Shown here piece after piece: positions 10,381 to 22,398 of a DNA stretch of 37,742 nt. The notes beneath the pieces are model-generated. The model worked only from the letters and a program-made list of their open reading frames with translations. It was not told where the DNA came from and did no database searches. The DNA comes from Octopus sinensis (taxonomy: Eukaryota): NCBI RefSeq assembly GCF_006345805.1, contig NW_021835777.1:1-37742 (forward strand), given 5' to 3'. The position numbers and the translations under genes are program-made. Position 1 is the stretch's first letter. Each line of letters begins with the position of its first letter.

Positions 10381-13175
10381 CACACACATTCTCATAGTTA
10401 CGCAAGCACAGACACACACATATGCACACACACACACATTCTCATAGTTACGCAAGCACAGACACACACATACACACACACACATTCTCATAGTTACGCA
10501 GGCACAGACACACACATACACACACACACATTCTCATAGTTACGCAAGCACAGACACACACATATGCACACACACACACATTCTCATAGTTACGCAAGCA
10601 CAGACACACACATACACACACACACATTCTCATAGTTACGCAGGCACAGACACACACATACACACACACACATTCTCATAGTTACGCAAGCACAGACACA
10701 CACATATGCACACACACACACATTCTCATAGTTACGCAGGCACAGACAACACATACACACACACTTCTCATAGTTACGCAAGCACAGACACACACATATG
10801 CACACACACACACATTCTCATAGTTACGCAGGCACAGACACACACATACACACACACACATTCTCATAGTTACGCAAGCACAGACACACACATATGCACA
10901 CACACACATTCTCATAGTTACGCAAGCACAGACACACACATATGCACACACACACACATTCTCATAGTTACGCAAGCACAGACACACACATACACACACA
11001 CACATTCTCATAGTTACGCAAGCACAGACACACACATATGCACACACACACACATTCTCATAGTTACGCAGGCACAGACACACACATATGCACACACACA
11101 CACATTCTCATAGTTACGCAGGCACAGACACACACATACACACACACACATTCTCATAGTTACGCAAGCACAGACACACACATATGCACACACACACATT
11201 CTCATAGTTACGCAGGCACAGACACACACATATGCACACACACACACATTCTCATAGTTACGCAGGTACAGACACACACATACACACACACACATTCTCA
11301 TAGTTACGCAGGCACAGACACACACATATGCACACACACACACATTCTCATAGTTACGCAGGCACAGACCCACAACATACACACACACACATTCTCATAT
11401 TACGCAAGCACAGACACACACATATGCACACACACACACATTCTCATAGTTACGCAAGCACAGACACACACATATGCACCCACACACACATTCTCATAGT
11501 TACGCATGCACAGACACACCACATATGCACACACACACACACATTCTCATAGTTACGCAGGCACAGACACACACATACACACACACACATTCTCATAGTT
11601 ACGCAGGCACAGACACACACATATGCACACACACACACATTCTCATAGTTACGCAGGCACAGACACACACATACACACACACACATTCTCATAGTTACGC
11701 AAGCACAGACACACACATATGCACACACACACACATTCTCATAGTTACGCAAGCACAGACACACACATATGCACACACACACACATTCTCATAGTTACGC
11801 AGGCACAGACACACACATATGCACACACACACACATTCTCATAGTTACGCAAGCACAGACACACACATATGCACACACACACACATTCTCATAGTTACGC
11901 AAGCACAGACACACACATACACACACACACATTCTCATAGTTACGCAGGCACAGACACACACATATGCACACACACACACATTCTCATAGTTACGCAAGC
12001 ACAGACACACACATATGCACACACACACACATTCTCATAGTTACGCAGGCACAGACACACACATACACACACACACATTCTCATAGTTACGCAAGCACAG
12101 ACACACACATATGCACACACAACACATTCTCATAGTTACGCAAGCACAGACACCACACATATGCACACACAACACACATTCTCATAGTTACGTCAGGCAC
12201 AACACCCATATGCACACACACACACCATTCTCATAGTTACGCAAGCACAGACACACACATACACACACACACATTCTCATAGTTACGCAGGCACAGACAC
12301 ACACATATGCACACACACACACATTCTCATAGTTCGCAAGCACAGACACACACATATGCACACACACACACATTCTCATAGTTACGCAGCACAGACACAC
12401 ACATACACCACACACATTCTCATAGTTATGCAAGCACAGACACACACATATGCACACACACACCATTCTCATAGTTACGCAAGCACGACACACACATATG
12501 CACACACACACACATTCTCATAGTTACGCAAGCACAGACACACACATATGCACACACCACCAACATTCTCATAGTTACGCGCAGGCACAGACACACACCT
12601 ACACACCACACACATTCTCATAGTTACGCAAGCACAGACACACACATATGCACACACACACATTCTCATAGTTACGCAAGCACAGACACACACATATGCA
12701 CACACACACCATTCTCATAGTTACGCAAGCACAGACACACCCATATCACACACACACACACATTCTCATAGTTACGCAGGCACAGACACCACACACTACA
12801 CCCACACACATTCTCATAGTTACGCAAGCACAGACACACACATATGCACACACACACATTCTCATAGTTACGCAGGCACAGACACACACATACACACACA
12901 CACATTCTCATAGTTACGCAGGCACAGACACACACATATGCACACACCACACATTCTCATAGTTACGCAGGCACAGACCACACACACACATTCCATAGTT
13001 ACGCAAGCACAGACACACACATACACACACCACATTCTCATAGTTACGCAGGCACAGACACACACACTATGCACACACCACAACATTCTCATAGTTACGC
13101 AGGCACAGACACACACATATGCACACACACACACATTCTCATAGTTACGCAGGCACAGACACACACATACACACA
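10381..13175. repeat. CA-rich minisatellite, segment 2: ~42-46-bp unit CACATTCTCATAGTTACGCA(A/G)GCACAGACACACACATA(TG)CACA, roughly 60 copies
   Basis: Direct reading; copy number estimated from length divided by unit size. Confidence 0.95.
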
Positions 13176-13702
13176 CGCACACACACAAACACACACACAA
13201 CACACACACCACGCACACCAGCAGGCAATCAGCTTCATATCGTTAATTTTTTTTTTCTTTTATTATTGCCTACAAATTCTTTTTAGTTTCATTTTCGATT
13301 TTATTTTCTAGAATATTCCAGGAAAATTACGATATCAATATCATAATTACATACATATCACATACATACGCGATCAATACATAATACAAATCCGATTTTT
13401 ATTTTATTTCACTTTCTTTTCTCATCTCTCTCTCTCTCTTTTTCCTCGTTAGTTTTGTATGTAAATGTTATAATCTAAATTAAAATTTAGCGAATTGTCA
13501 AAAATTATTAAAAAGCAAATTTATCTAAAAATTAAAGAAAAACGATGAGCGAAAAAAGAAAAAAAGAGGAAAAACAAGAAAAATGATGTTACACAATCAC
13601 ATAGAGATACAAATACACACACATACATGGCCTATTGTGTTTACTCTCATACACACACAAACACACTCTTACATTGTAATGTACAGAATCTATTATAGTT
13701 TT

Positions 13703-13755
<53 letters not shown>

Positions 13756-13802
13756 TACACACACACAAACACACACATTGTTATGTACAAAATCTATTAT
13801 AG

Positions 13803-14577
13803 TTGCCTCTTCCGATCGTGGCCGTTGCCTCCGATCATGGCCATTACCTCCAATCGTGGCTGTTGCCTCCGATCATGGCCATTGCCTCCGATCGTGGCTA
13901 TTGCCTCCGATCGTGGCTGTTGCCTCCAATTGTGGCCGTTGCCTCCGATCGTGGCCGTTGCCTCCGATCGTGGCCGTTGCCTCCGATCGTGGCCGTTATC
14001 CGATCGTGGCTGTTGCCTCCAATCGTGGCCGTTGCCTCCAATCGTGGCCGTTATCCGATTGTGGCTGTTGCCTCCAATCGTGGCCGTTGCCTCCAATCGT
14101 GGCCGTTATCCGATCGTGGCTGTTGCCTCCAATCGTGGCCGTTGCCTCCAATCGTGGCCGTTATCCGATCGTGGCCGTTGCCTCCGATCGTGGCCGTTGC
14201 CTCCGATCGTGGCCGTTGCCTCCGATCGTGGCCGTTGCCTCCTATCGTGGCCGTTATCCGATTGTGGCCGTTGCCTCCGATCGTGGCCGTTGCCTCCAAT
14301 CGTGGCCGTCATCCGATCGTGGCCGTTGCCTCCGATCGTGGCCGTTGCCTCCTATCGTGGCCGTTATCCGATTGTGGCCGTTGCCTCCAATCGTGGCCGT
14401 TGCCTCCAATCGTGGCCGTTATCCGATCGTGGCCGTTGCCTCCGATCATGGCTGTTGCCTCCAATCGTGGCCGTTATCCGATCGTGGCTGTTGCCTCCAA
14501 TCGTGGCCGGTGCCTCTTCCGATTGTGGCCGTTGCCTCGTCCGATCGTGGCCGTTGCCTCCGATCATGGCCATTGCC
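13803..14577 (+). repeat. GC-rich tandem array of 19-bp (CCGATCGTGGCCGTTGCCT) and 17-bp (CCGATCGTGGCCGTTAT) units, about 40 copies
   Basis: Direct reading; 19+19+17 trimers recur. Confidence 0.95.
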
Positions 14578-14841
14578 AGCCTCAACTGGCCTTCATGCCG
14601 GTGGCACGTAAAAAGCACCATTCTAATCGTGGACGTTTGCCAGACTCCCCTGGCACATAAAAAGCACCCACTACACTCACGGAGTGGTTAGCGTTAGGAA
14701 GGGCATCCAGCCGTAGAAACACTGCCAGATTAGACTGGAGCCTGGTGCAGCCTCCTGGCTTCCCAGACCCCAGTCGAACCGTCCAACCCATGCTAGCATG
14801 GAAAGCGGAGGCTAAGTGATGATGATGATGATGATGATGAC
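14558..14841 (+). mobile_element. RTE LINE 3'-UTR fragment continuous with the 19-bp array
   Basis: GCCGGTGGCACGTAAAAAGCACC...CCATGCTAGCATGG...(TGA)n. Confidence 0.88.
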
Positions 14842-14965
14842 ACACACACACAGATACCAATATGTACGCATTCATAGTCTATTATATTTTTCACACATAC
14901 CACAAACACACAGATACTAATATACACACATACATAGTCTGTTATGTTTACACACATACACATAC

Positions 14966-15378
14966 AGGCGCAGGAGTGGCTGTGTGGTAAGTAGCTTGTT
15001 TACCAACCACATGGTTCCGGGTTCAGTCCCACTGCGTGGCATCTTGGGCAAGTGTCTTCTACTATAGCCTCGGGCCGACCGAAGCCTTGTGAGTGGATTT
15101 GGTAGACGGAAACTGAAAGAAGCCCGTCGTATATATATATATATATATATAATATATATATGCGTGTGTGTGTCTGTGTTTGTCCCCCTAGCATTGCTTG
15201 ACAACCGATGCTGGTGTGTTTATGTCCCCGTCACTTAGTAGTTCGGCAAAAAGAGACCGATAGAATAAGTACTGGGCTTACAAAAGAATAAGTCCCGGGG
15301 TCGAGTTGCTCGACTAAAGGCGGTGCTCCAGCATGGCCACAGTCAAATGACTGAAACAAGTAAAAGAGTAAAGAGAGT
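14966..15378 (+). mobile_element. Full-length family A SINE (reference copy, sense orientation)
   Basis: A-box-like TGGCTGTGTGG, B-box-like GGTTCAGTCCC, CORE-like CTTGGGCAAGTGTCTT, internal (TA)n(TG)n, tail ...GAAACAAGTAAAAGAGT. Confidence 0.9.
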
Positions 15379-15992
15379 CTCATATTGTTACGTACAGTCT
15401 ATTATTGTTTTACACACACACACACACAGACACACACACACAGACACCACACACACACACACAGACACCACACAGACACAGACACACACACACACTCACA
15501 CACACATACCAGCAATCATACTGTCAGCGTTACACAAACACAGAAACCAACATACACGCATACATATTTACACACACACACACACAGATATAAGCAATCA
15601 TAGAATGTCATAGCCTTACACTAACACACGCCAACATACACACATACACAGTCTATCATATTTACACACACACATACATGCACGCACACTTTTCGCTCAC
15701 AAAATGTGAAGAGAAGCCCAGATGCCAAGAGATATTAACGATATGTAAACACGTTTTCTGTAAACAACAATTAACAGATAAATGCAGTAAATATCAACAA
15801 CAGCAACAACAACAACCAGAGCGACATCCATCAATATGAAATGAGCCAAGAGGGGGAAACCCTGTAATGTAATCGTTTGACCTGCTAGAAACAGCAGGTA
15901 AATATCTCTCTCGTAACACATTACATCAACACACTTTTTTGTTTGGTGATTTTTTTGGAGAAGGTGGCCCTCGGTCGGTTAAGTTAACTCTA

Positions 15993-16403
15993 ACTCTTTA
16001 CTCTTTTACATGTTTCAGTCATTTGACTGCAGCCATGCTGGAGCACCGCCTTTAGTCGAGCAACTCGACCCCGGGACTTATTCTTTTGTACGCCCAGTAC
16101 ATATTCTATCAGTCTTTTTTGTCAAACCACTAAGTAATGGGGACATAAACACACCAGCATCGGTTGTCAAGCAATGCTAGGGGGACAAACACAAACACAC
16201 AAACATATACACACACACTTATATATATATACATATATACGACAGGCTTCTTTCAGTTTCCGTCTACCAAATCCACTGACAAAGCTTTGGTCGGCCCGAG
16301 GCTATAGTAGAAGACACTTACCCAAGATGCCACGCAGTGGGACTGAACCCAGAACCATGTGGTTGGTAAGCAAGCTACTTACCACACAGCGACTCCTGCG
16401 CCT
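15993..16403 (-). mobile_element. Full-length family A SINE
   Basis: Reverse-complement match to 14966-15378. Confidence 0.88.
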
Positions 16404-16407
16404 ATAT

Positions 16408-16573
16408 GTTAAGTTAAGTTAATTTTTTGGCTCAAAAAGCAAAAGCAAGGCCATGTAGGGGGACATGGAATTATGTACAGGGAGGGTGTTCATGCAAAGA
16501 GTTCAGGCCATTTCTGGTCAAGAGAGACTTTGAACCGAGCGGTCGTCGGCATCTTCACTATCTCGCCCAGCAG
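16408..16573 (-). mobile_element. CR1-clade LINE 3'-terminal fragment
   Basis: Minus strand reads LLGEIVKMPTTARFKVSLDQKWPELFA*, like the CR1/L2 ORF2 end motif (LP..VV.A.....FK..LD..W), then a short UTR and a (TTAAC)n tail. Confidence 0.7.
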
Positions 16574-16691
16574 ATGGTTCTGGGTTCAGTCCCACTCCGT
16601 GGCACCTTGGGCAAGTGTCTTCTACTATAGCCACGGGCTGACCAAAGCCTTGTGAGTGGATTTGGTAGACGGAAACTGAAAGAAGCCCATC

Positions 16692-16723
<32 letters not shown>

Positions 16724-16940
16724 ATGTTTGTGTTTCTGTGTTTGTCCCCACAACATCGCTTGACAACCCATGTTAGTGTGTTTACGTCCAGCCACTTAGC
16801 GGTTTGGCAAGAGAGACCAATAGAATAAGTACTGGGGTTACAAAAGAATAAGTCCTGGGGGTCAATTTGATTCGACTAAAGGCGGTGCTCCAGCATGGCC
16901 GCAGTCAAATGACTGAAACAAATACAAGAATGAAAGAAAA
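16574..16940 (+). mobile_element. 5'-truncated family A SINE
   Basis: Starts at ATGGTTCTGGGTTCAGTCCC and continues through the tail. Confidence 0.85.
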
Positions 16941-17155
16941 TATAACTTTGACCTTAATTTGTTTCCAAAACTACTAAAACATTTTTAGAATTCAGAAACA
17001 AAACTTAAATCGAGTCGAATTCTGAAAGTTTGGTATTTTCTCTGTGAATTTCATGATTTTTTGGGTTGTGTGCTTAAGGTGTTTTATCTAAAATGAGATT
17101 ATTGAACATTTAACATCTCAAAGAAGAACGAACGTACATATAAGCAATTTAAGTA

Positions 17156-17630
17156 CCGTAAATCCTCCAGTATAACCGCATTTTTTCCCCCAAAATTTAA
17201 AGGTCAAAATCCCCAGTGCGTACTATATACAAGGTTAAAAATGAAAATTATTTTCTAAGCAATGTCCAAATCTCTATTTGCTGTCCGGCAATGTTTATTC
17301 AGACACATTTTGTGATGTCGGACATGAAAATACCTTAAGCTAAGCCTGAAAGCAATGAAGTCATAAAAGAATCATCCATAACTTGCCGTAAGCAACATTT
17401 ATTAAATGTTATTACTGTTATTTCTTTATTTTCTGCAAACAAAATGCACAAAAAAGCTACACGTTTGCATTGTTATATATACAATAATAATAAAGGACAT
17501 TACTAGATACATTTTTACAAAGCAAGGACATTATATAGACCTCCTTGACTCAAGTTAGAGAAGGGGTGCGTATTATACACAAGGTTTAGGTTTTTCAGAG
17601 GTATAGCCCCCTAAAAATCCCCTGCGTATA
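17156..17630. mobile_element. Probable Tc1/pogo-type non-autonomous DNA transposon fragment (one intact end)
   Basis: Begins TA|CCGTAAATCCTCCAGTATAACCGCA, like pogo/Tigger termini. The right part (GCGTATTATACACAAGG...AAATCCCCTGCGTATA) is subterminal-like, but a complete right TIR is absent. Confidence 0.45.
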
Positions 17631-17692
17631 CACGTTTGCATTATGTTATATATACAATAATACAAACACACACACGCACATATATATATATA

Positions 17693-17865
17693 CGACGGGC
17701 TTCTTTCAGTTTCCGTCTACCAAATCCACTCACAAGGCTTTGGTCAGCCCGAGGCTATAGTAGAAGACACTTGCCCAAGGTGCCACGCAATGGGACTGAA
17801 CCCGGAACCATGTGGTTGGTAAACAAGCTACTTACCACACAGCCACTCCTACGCCTATATATATA

Positions 17866-17905
<40 letters not shown>

Positions 17906-18067
17906 GACAGGCTTCTTTCAGTTTCCGTCTACGAAATCCACTCTAAAGGCTTTGGTCGGCCTGAGGCTATAGTAGAAGGCACTCGCCCAAGATGCCACTC
18001 AGTGGGACTGAACCCGGAACCATGTGGCTGGTCAGCAAGCTACTTACCACACAGCCACTCCTACGAC

Positions 18068-18105
<38 letters not shown>

Positions 18106-18262
18106 GCTTCTTTCAGTTTCCGTCTACCAAATCCACTCACAAGGCTTTGGTTGGCCTGAGGCTATAGTAGAGGACACTCACCCAAGGTGCCACGCAGTGG
18201 GACTGAACCCAGAACCATGTGGTTGGTAAGCAAGCTACTTACCACACAGCCACTCCTACGCC

Positions 18263-18296
<34 letters not shown>

Positions 18297-18459
18297 GACG
18301 GGCTTCTTTCAGTTTCCGTCTACCAAATCCACTCACAAAGCATTGGTCGGCCCAGGGCTATAGCAGAAGACACTTGCTCAAGATGCTACACAGTGGGACT
18401 GAACCCGGAACCATGTGGTTGGTTAGCAAGCTACTTACCACACAGCCACTCCTGCACCT
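17693..18459 (-). mobile_element. Four tandem family A SINE head modules (17693-17856, 17905-18068, 18100-18263, 18296-18459) separated by (TA)n
   Basis: Four ~163-bp near-identical modules. Confidence 0.9.
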
Positions 18460-19199
18460 TTTATGATGACTTACTTAATATTCCTGAAACAGGGAATTTC
18501 GACAACAACCAAACCATATCTACAGATGCAGGAATTATTCTTGATCCTTATTATTGCCATAATTCTGGTGCCAGCGACATCTGCTTAACGTAGAAAACTG
18601 CCTTTGACCAGCAAAACCAAAAGAAAAAAAACAACAACAAAAAAAACCCCCAAAAAAACTAACAAAAAGAGTCTTGAATACAAGAGTCTCCCTCACGGTT
18701 CCGAAAGCAACATATAACAGACCATTTCTGAGAACTGTAAGAAGAAAACAAATGTAGAATTTCGGTAAGAGTTGTTTTTGATTACATGTGATCGGTTTGT
18801 TGACCCCTTGTTAGAATGAAGGGCAAAAGTGGTTTCAGGTTGACTCAAAGAATCAGAACTTTTGTGTTTGGTAATAGTTAATTTAATTGCTTTCATAGAA
18901 GTGACAGAAGCAGATTTCTTGGGAAAATGGCTGGAGAGAATTTGGGGTTATTAATGTTATTTAGTTACGTTGACTGTGTAATGATAGAATGGCTGGAATT
19001 GCTAAGTTGGGTGTCTGTGTGCTTGGGTTTAATTATAATAATAATAATAAGGAAATTATTGTGTACAGTGCCCAGGTGCGCCGCAATTTGTCAAAAGTGC
19101 GTGTGAAGAATATTCGGTAATGTACAAATGTCTGAGAAGTGTACGGTGTAGGAGTGAGATATATGCTTGTTTGTGTGTATGGAGCTGGGTGGTGTTGGC

Positions 19200-20040
19200 G
19201 AAAAGAGAGAGAAAAAGAGTGTGGGAGATTATTGAGAAGAAAGAAAAAGTAATTGGAAGAGATTGAAAGAATGAAAGGAAAGAAATGAAGGATATAAGAG
19301 AGGGAAAGAGAGTTGAAGGGAGAAGGGAAAAGAGAAGCAAAGTGTAAAGGAAGGAGTGAGAAGAGTGATGGAAAAAGGCTGAAAGAATGAAGGAAAGAAA
19401 TGAAGAATGGAAGGAATGAAGAGAAAGAGAGGAGCGAAGAAAGTTCTGGCAAGAGAGAAGAGAAAGTGTGAAGGAAGGAATGAGAAAATCAATGGAAAGA
19501 GGCTGAAGGAAATGAAGGAGAGAGGAAAAGAGAGTTAAAAGGAGAGAGAAGGGAAAGAGGTTGAAAGAATGAAGGAAAGAAATGAAGGATGGAAGGAATA
19601 AAGAGAGAGGAAAAGAGAGGGTTAAGGAGAGAGAGGGGGGAAGAAAGCTCAGGCAAGAGAGAAGAGAAAAAAAAAATGAAGTGTGAAGGAAGGAATGAGA
19701 AAATAGATGGAAGGAGATTGAAAATTGAAGGAAAAAATGAAGGAAACGAAGAAAAGGAAGAGAGGAAAAGAGTTAAAGGGAGATAGAAAGGAAAAGAGAA
19801 GCAAAGTGTGAAGGAAGGAATGAGGAAAGAGGCTGGTGGAATGAAGGAAAAAATGGAAGGAAGGAAGAGGGGGGGAAAGGTTTAAGGAGAGAGAGAGAGA
19901 GAGTGGGAAGGAAAAGTTAAGGAGAGAGAGAAGAGAAAGAGAGAAAGGAAAAAAGGACAAAGTGGGAAGGAAGGAATGAGGAAAAGTCATACAAATAGAC
20001 CGAAGGAATGAAGGAAAGAATGAAAGAAATGAATGAAAGA
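19200..20040. repeat. Purine-rich (GA/GGAA) low-complexity tract with internal degenerate repeats
   Basis: About 840 bp, strongly A/G-biased on the plus strand; the motif GTGTGAAGGAAGGAATGAG recurs. Confidence 0.9.
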
Positions 20041-20048
20041 TTTTGTAT

Positions 20049-20203
20049 GTGGTTGGCATTTAAGAAGGGCATCCAGCTGTAGAAACACTGCCAGATCAGA
20101 CTGGAGCCTGGTGCAGCCTCCTGGCTTCTCAGACCCCGGTCGAACCATCCAACCCATGCTAGCATGGAAAGCGGACGTTAAACGACGAAGATGATGATGA
20201 TGA
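20049..20203 (+). mobile_element. RTE 3'-end fragment
   Basis: GGTTGGC...GAAGGGCATCCAG...CCATGCTAGCATGG...(GAT)n. Confidence 0.85.
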
Positions 20204-20381
20204 TATATATATATGTGTGTGTGTGTGTGTGTATACATATGGATTTAGTCCATTATCAACCCTTTATTTTCCTCTATGTATATATACCACGATTATATTA
20301 TATGTGTGTGTGTGTGTGTATGTATGTGTATATGTATGTGTGTTTATACATATATATACATGTTTGTATGTATATATGTGT

Positions 20382-20414
<33 letters not shown>

Positions 20415-20562
20415 TATATGTATGTATCTATATATATGTGTATATATGTATGTATATATGCATGTATGTATGTGTATATGTACACACATATATAGGTATG
20501 TGTATATATGTATGTGTATATATATATATGTACACACATATATATAGGTATTTGTATATATG

Positions 20563-20600
<38 letters not shown>

Positions 20601-20628
20601 CGTATATAAATATATATATACATATATG

Positions 20629-20674
<46 letters not shown>

Positions 20675-20786
20675 GTGTATATATATGTATATGCATGCAT
20701 ATATAGATACATATATATATATATAATATATAATATATATATATATATGTATATGTATGTATATATATATATATATTTTTATATAT

Positions 20787-20837
<51 letters not shown>

Positions 20838-21178
20838 GCATGTATATATATATATATACATACATAATGTATACATAATCTATTGGTATCCAACCAGACT
20901 TGTCTCAAAAAGATTTATAATGTGAAAAAAAAAAAAAAGAACAGAGAAATATTCTTTTTTATTTTGTTGAGAACATGCCAGTATAGCTACATGGTGACAA
21001 TCTGGTAAAAATGAAAATTAAAACTATCTCTGCTGTGTTTTTACAATGAGAATGATCATATGTATCAAATTTAATAAAAATATGTAAAAACAAAGATTAT
21101 TTAGATTGTTTAATTTCTGATGCAGTTATTTTTGTATAATTGTTATTTCATTAACTATTAAATTGCAACAGTTATATA

Positions 21179-21486
21179 ACGTAAAAAGCACCATCCGAAT
21201 CGTGGCCGAAGCCAGTGCCGCCTCGACTGGCTTCCGTGCAGGTGGCACATAAAATGCATTAATCCGACCGTGGCCGATGCCAGCCTCACCTGGCACCAGT
21301 GCAGGTGGCACGTAAAAAGCACCCACTACACTCACGGAGTGGTTGGCGTTAGGAAGGGCATCCAGCTGTAGAAACATTGCCAGATAAGACCGGAACCTGG
21401 TGCAGCCTTCTGGCTTCCCAGATCCCCGGTCGAACCGTCCAACCCATGCTAGCATGGAGAACGGACGTTAAACGATGATGATGATG
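21179..21486 (+). mobile_element. RTE 3'-UTR insertion with candidate ATATA target-site duplication
   Basis: ATATA at 21174-21178 and 21487-21491; the empty site has a single ATATA at 24961-24965. Confidence 0.85.
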
Positions 21487-21774
21487 ATATACAAAAATGT
21501 AAATCATTGTAACTGTAGGTTTGAATGTATGTGTCTCCATAACAATAATGAATTACTACATTCTTATATAATTCCATGAAACAAGAAATTGGTTGAATAC
21601 AACTAAAGAAAAGGTTTTTTAGAAAAGATTGTCTAGAAATTAAAGCATTACGTGTTGTAACATTTGAATGCTTGTACTTACATTTCTTAGGTTTGAGTTT
21701 TTTTTTTAATTTTACTGTAATATTAATAAAAGTTGACGTTTTTATCCTTTCATTTTAGAGAAATTATTACATAT

Positions 21775-22152
21775 ACTCTTTTACTTGTTTCAGTCATTTG
21801 GCTGCGGCCATGCTGGAGCACTGCCTTTAGTCGAGCAAATCAACCCCGGGACTTATTCTTTTGTAAGCCCAGTACTTATTCTATCGGTCTTTTTTTGCCG
21901 AACCGCTAGCAACGGAGACATAAACACACCAGCATCGGTTGTCAAGCAATGCTAGGGGGACAAACACATACACACAAACACATATATACGACAGGCTTCT
22001 TTCAGTTTCCGTCTACCAAATCCACTCACAAGGCTTTGGTCGGCCCGGGGCTATAGCAGAATACACTTGCCCAAAATGCCACGCAGTGGGACTGAATCCG
22101 GAACCATGTGGTTGGTTAGCAAGCTACTTACCACACAGCCACTCCTGCGCCT
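21775..22152 (-). mobile_element. Full-length family A SINE
   Basis: Reverse-complement match to the reference copy. Confidence 0.88.
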
Positions 22153-22398
22153 ATGACTTTTTTTTTCTATAAAAGAAAATTTTGAATATTTTTACTTTTT
22201 TGCAATTGGCAATAGTAAATTCAAGCAACTTTTCCAAGGTGGGAATTAGAAGATAAACTGGTTTACTGCAAAAGGAACTGTATATAAAGCCAATCACATA
22301 AGAATAGCCATTGAAAAAGTGATTACTCTGGTGGTGCCCCAGCATGGCCACAGCGTTTAGGCTGAAACATATAAAAGGAGAAGAGGATAAATATCTGG

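Larger units (their letters stand above)
20049..22152 (+). repeat. Local duplication, copy 1 (copy 2 at 23913-25689)
   Basis: Shared unique AT-rich sequence (for example TACATAATCTATTGGTATCCAACCAG at ~20872 and ~24655), shared microsatellite pattern and a SINE at the same position. Confidence 0.9.

Noticed and set aside
14966-15040. tRNA gene
   Set aside because: It has A/B-box-like motifs but no complete cloverleaf, and it continues into SINE body and tail in many copies.
15778-15867. Short plus-strand frame INAVNINNSNNNNQSDIHQYEMSQEGETL*
   Set aside because: It is built on an (AAC)n microsatellite, has a poor acceptor, and runs into a repeat-like segment.
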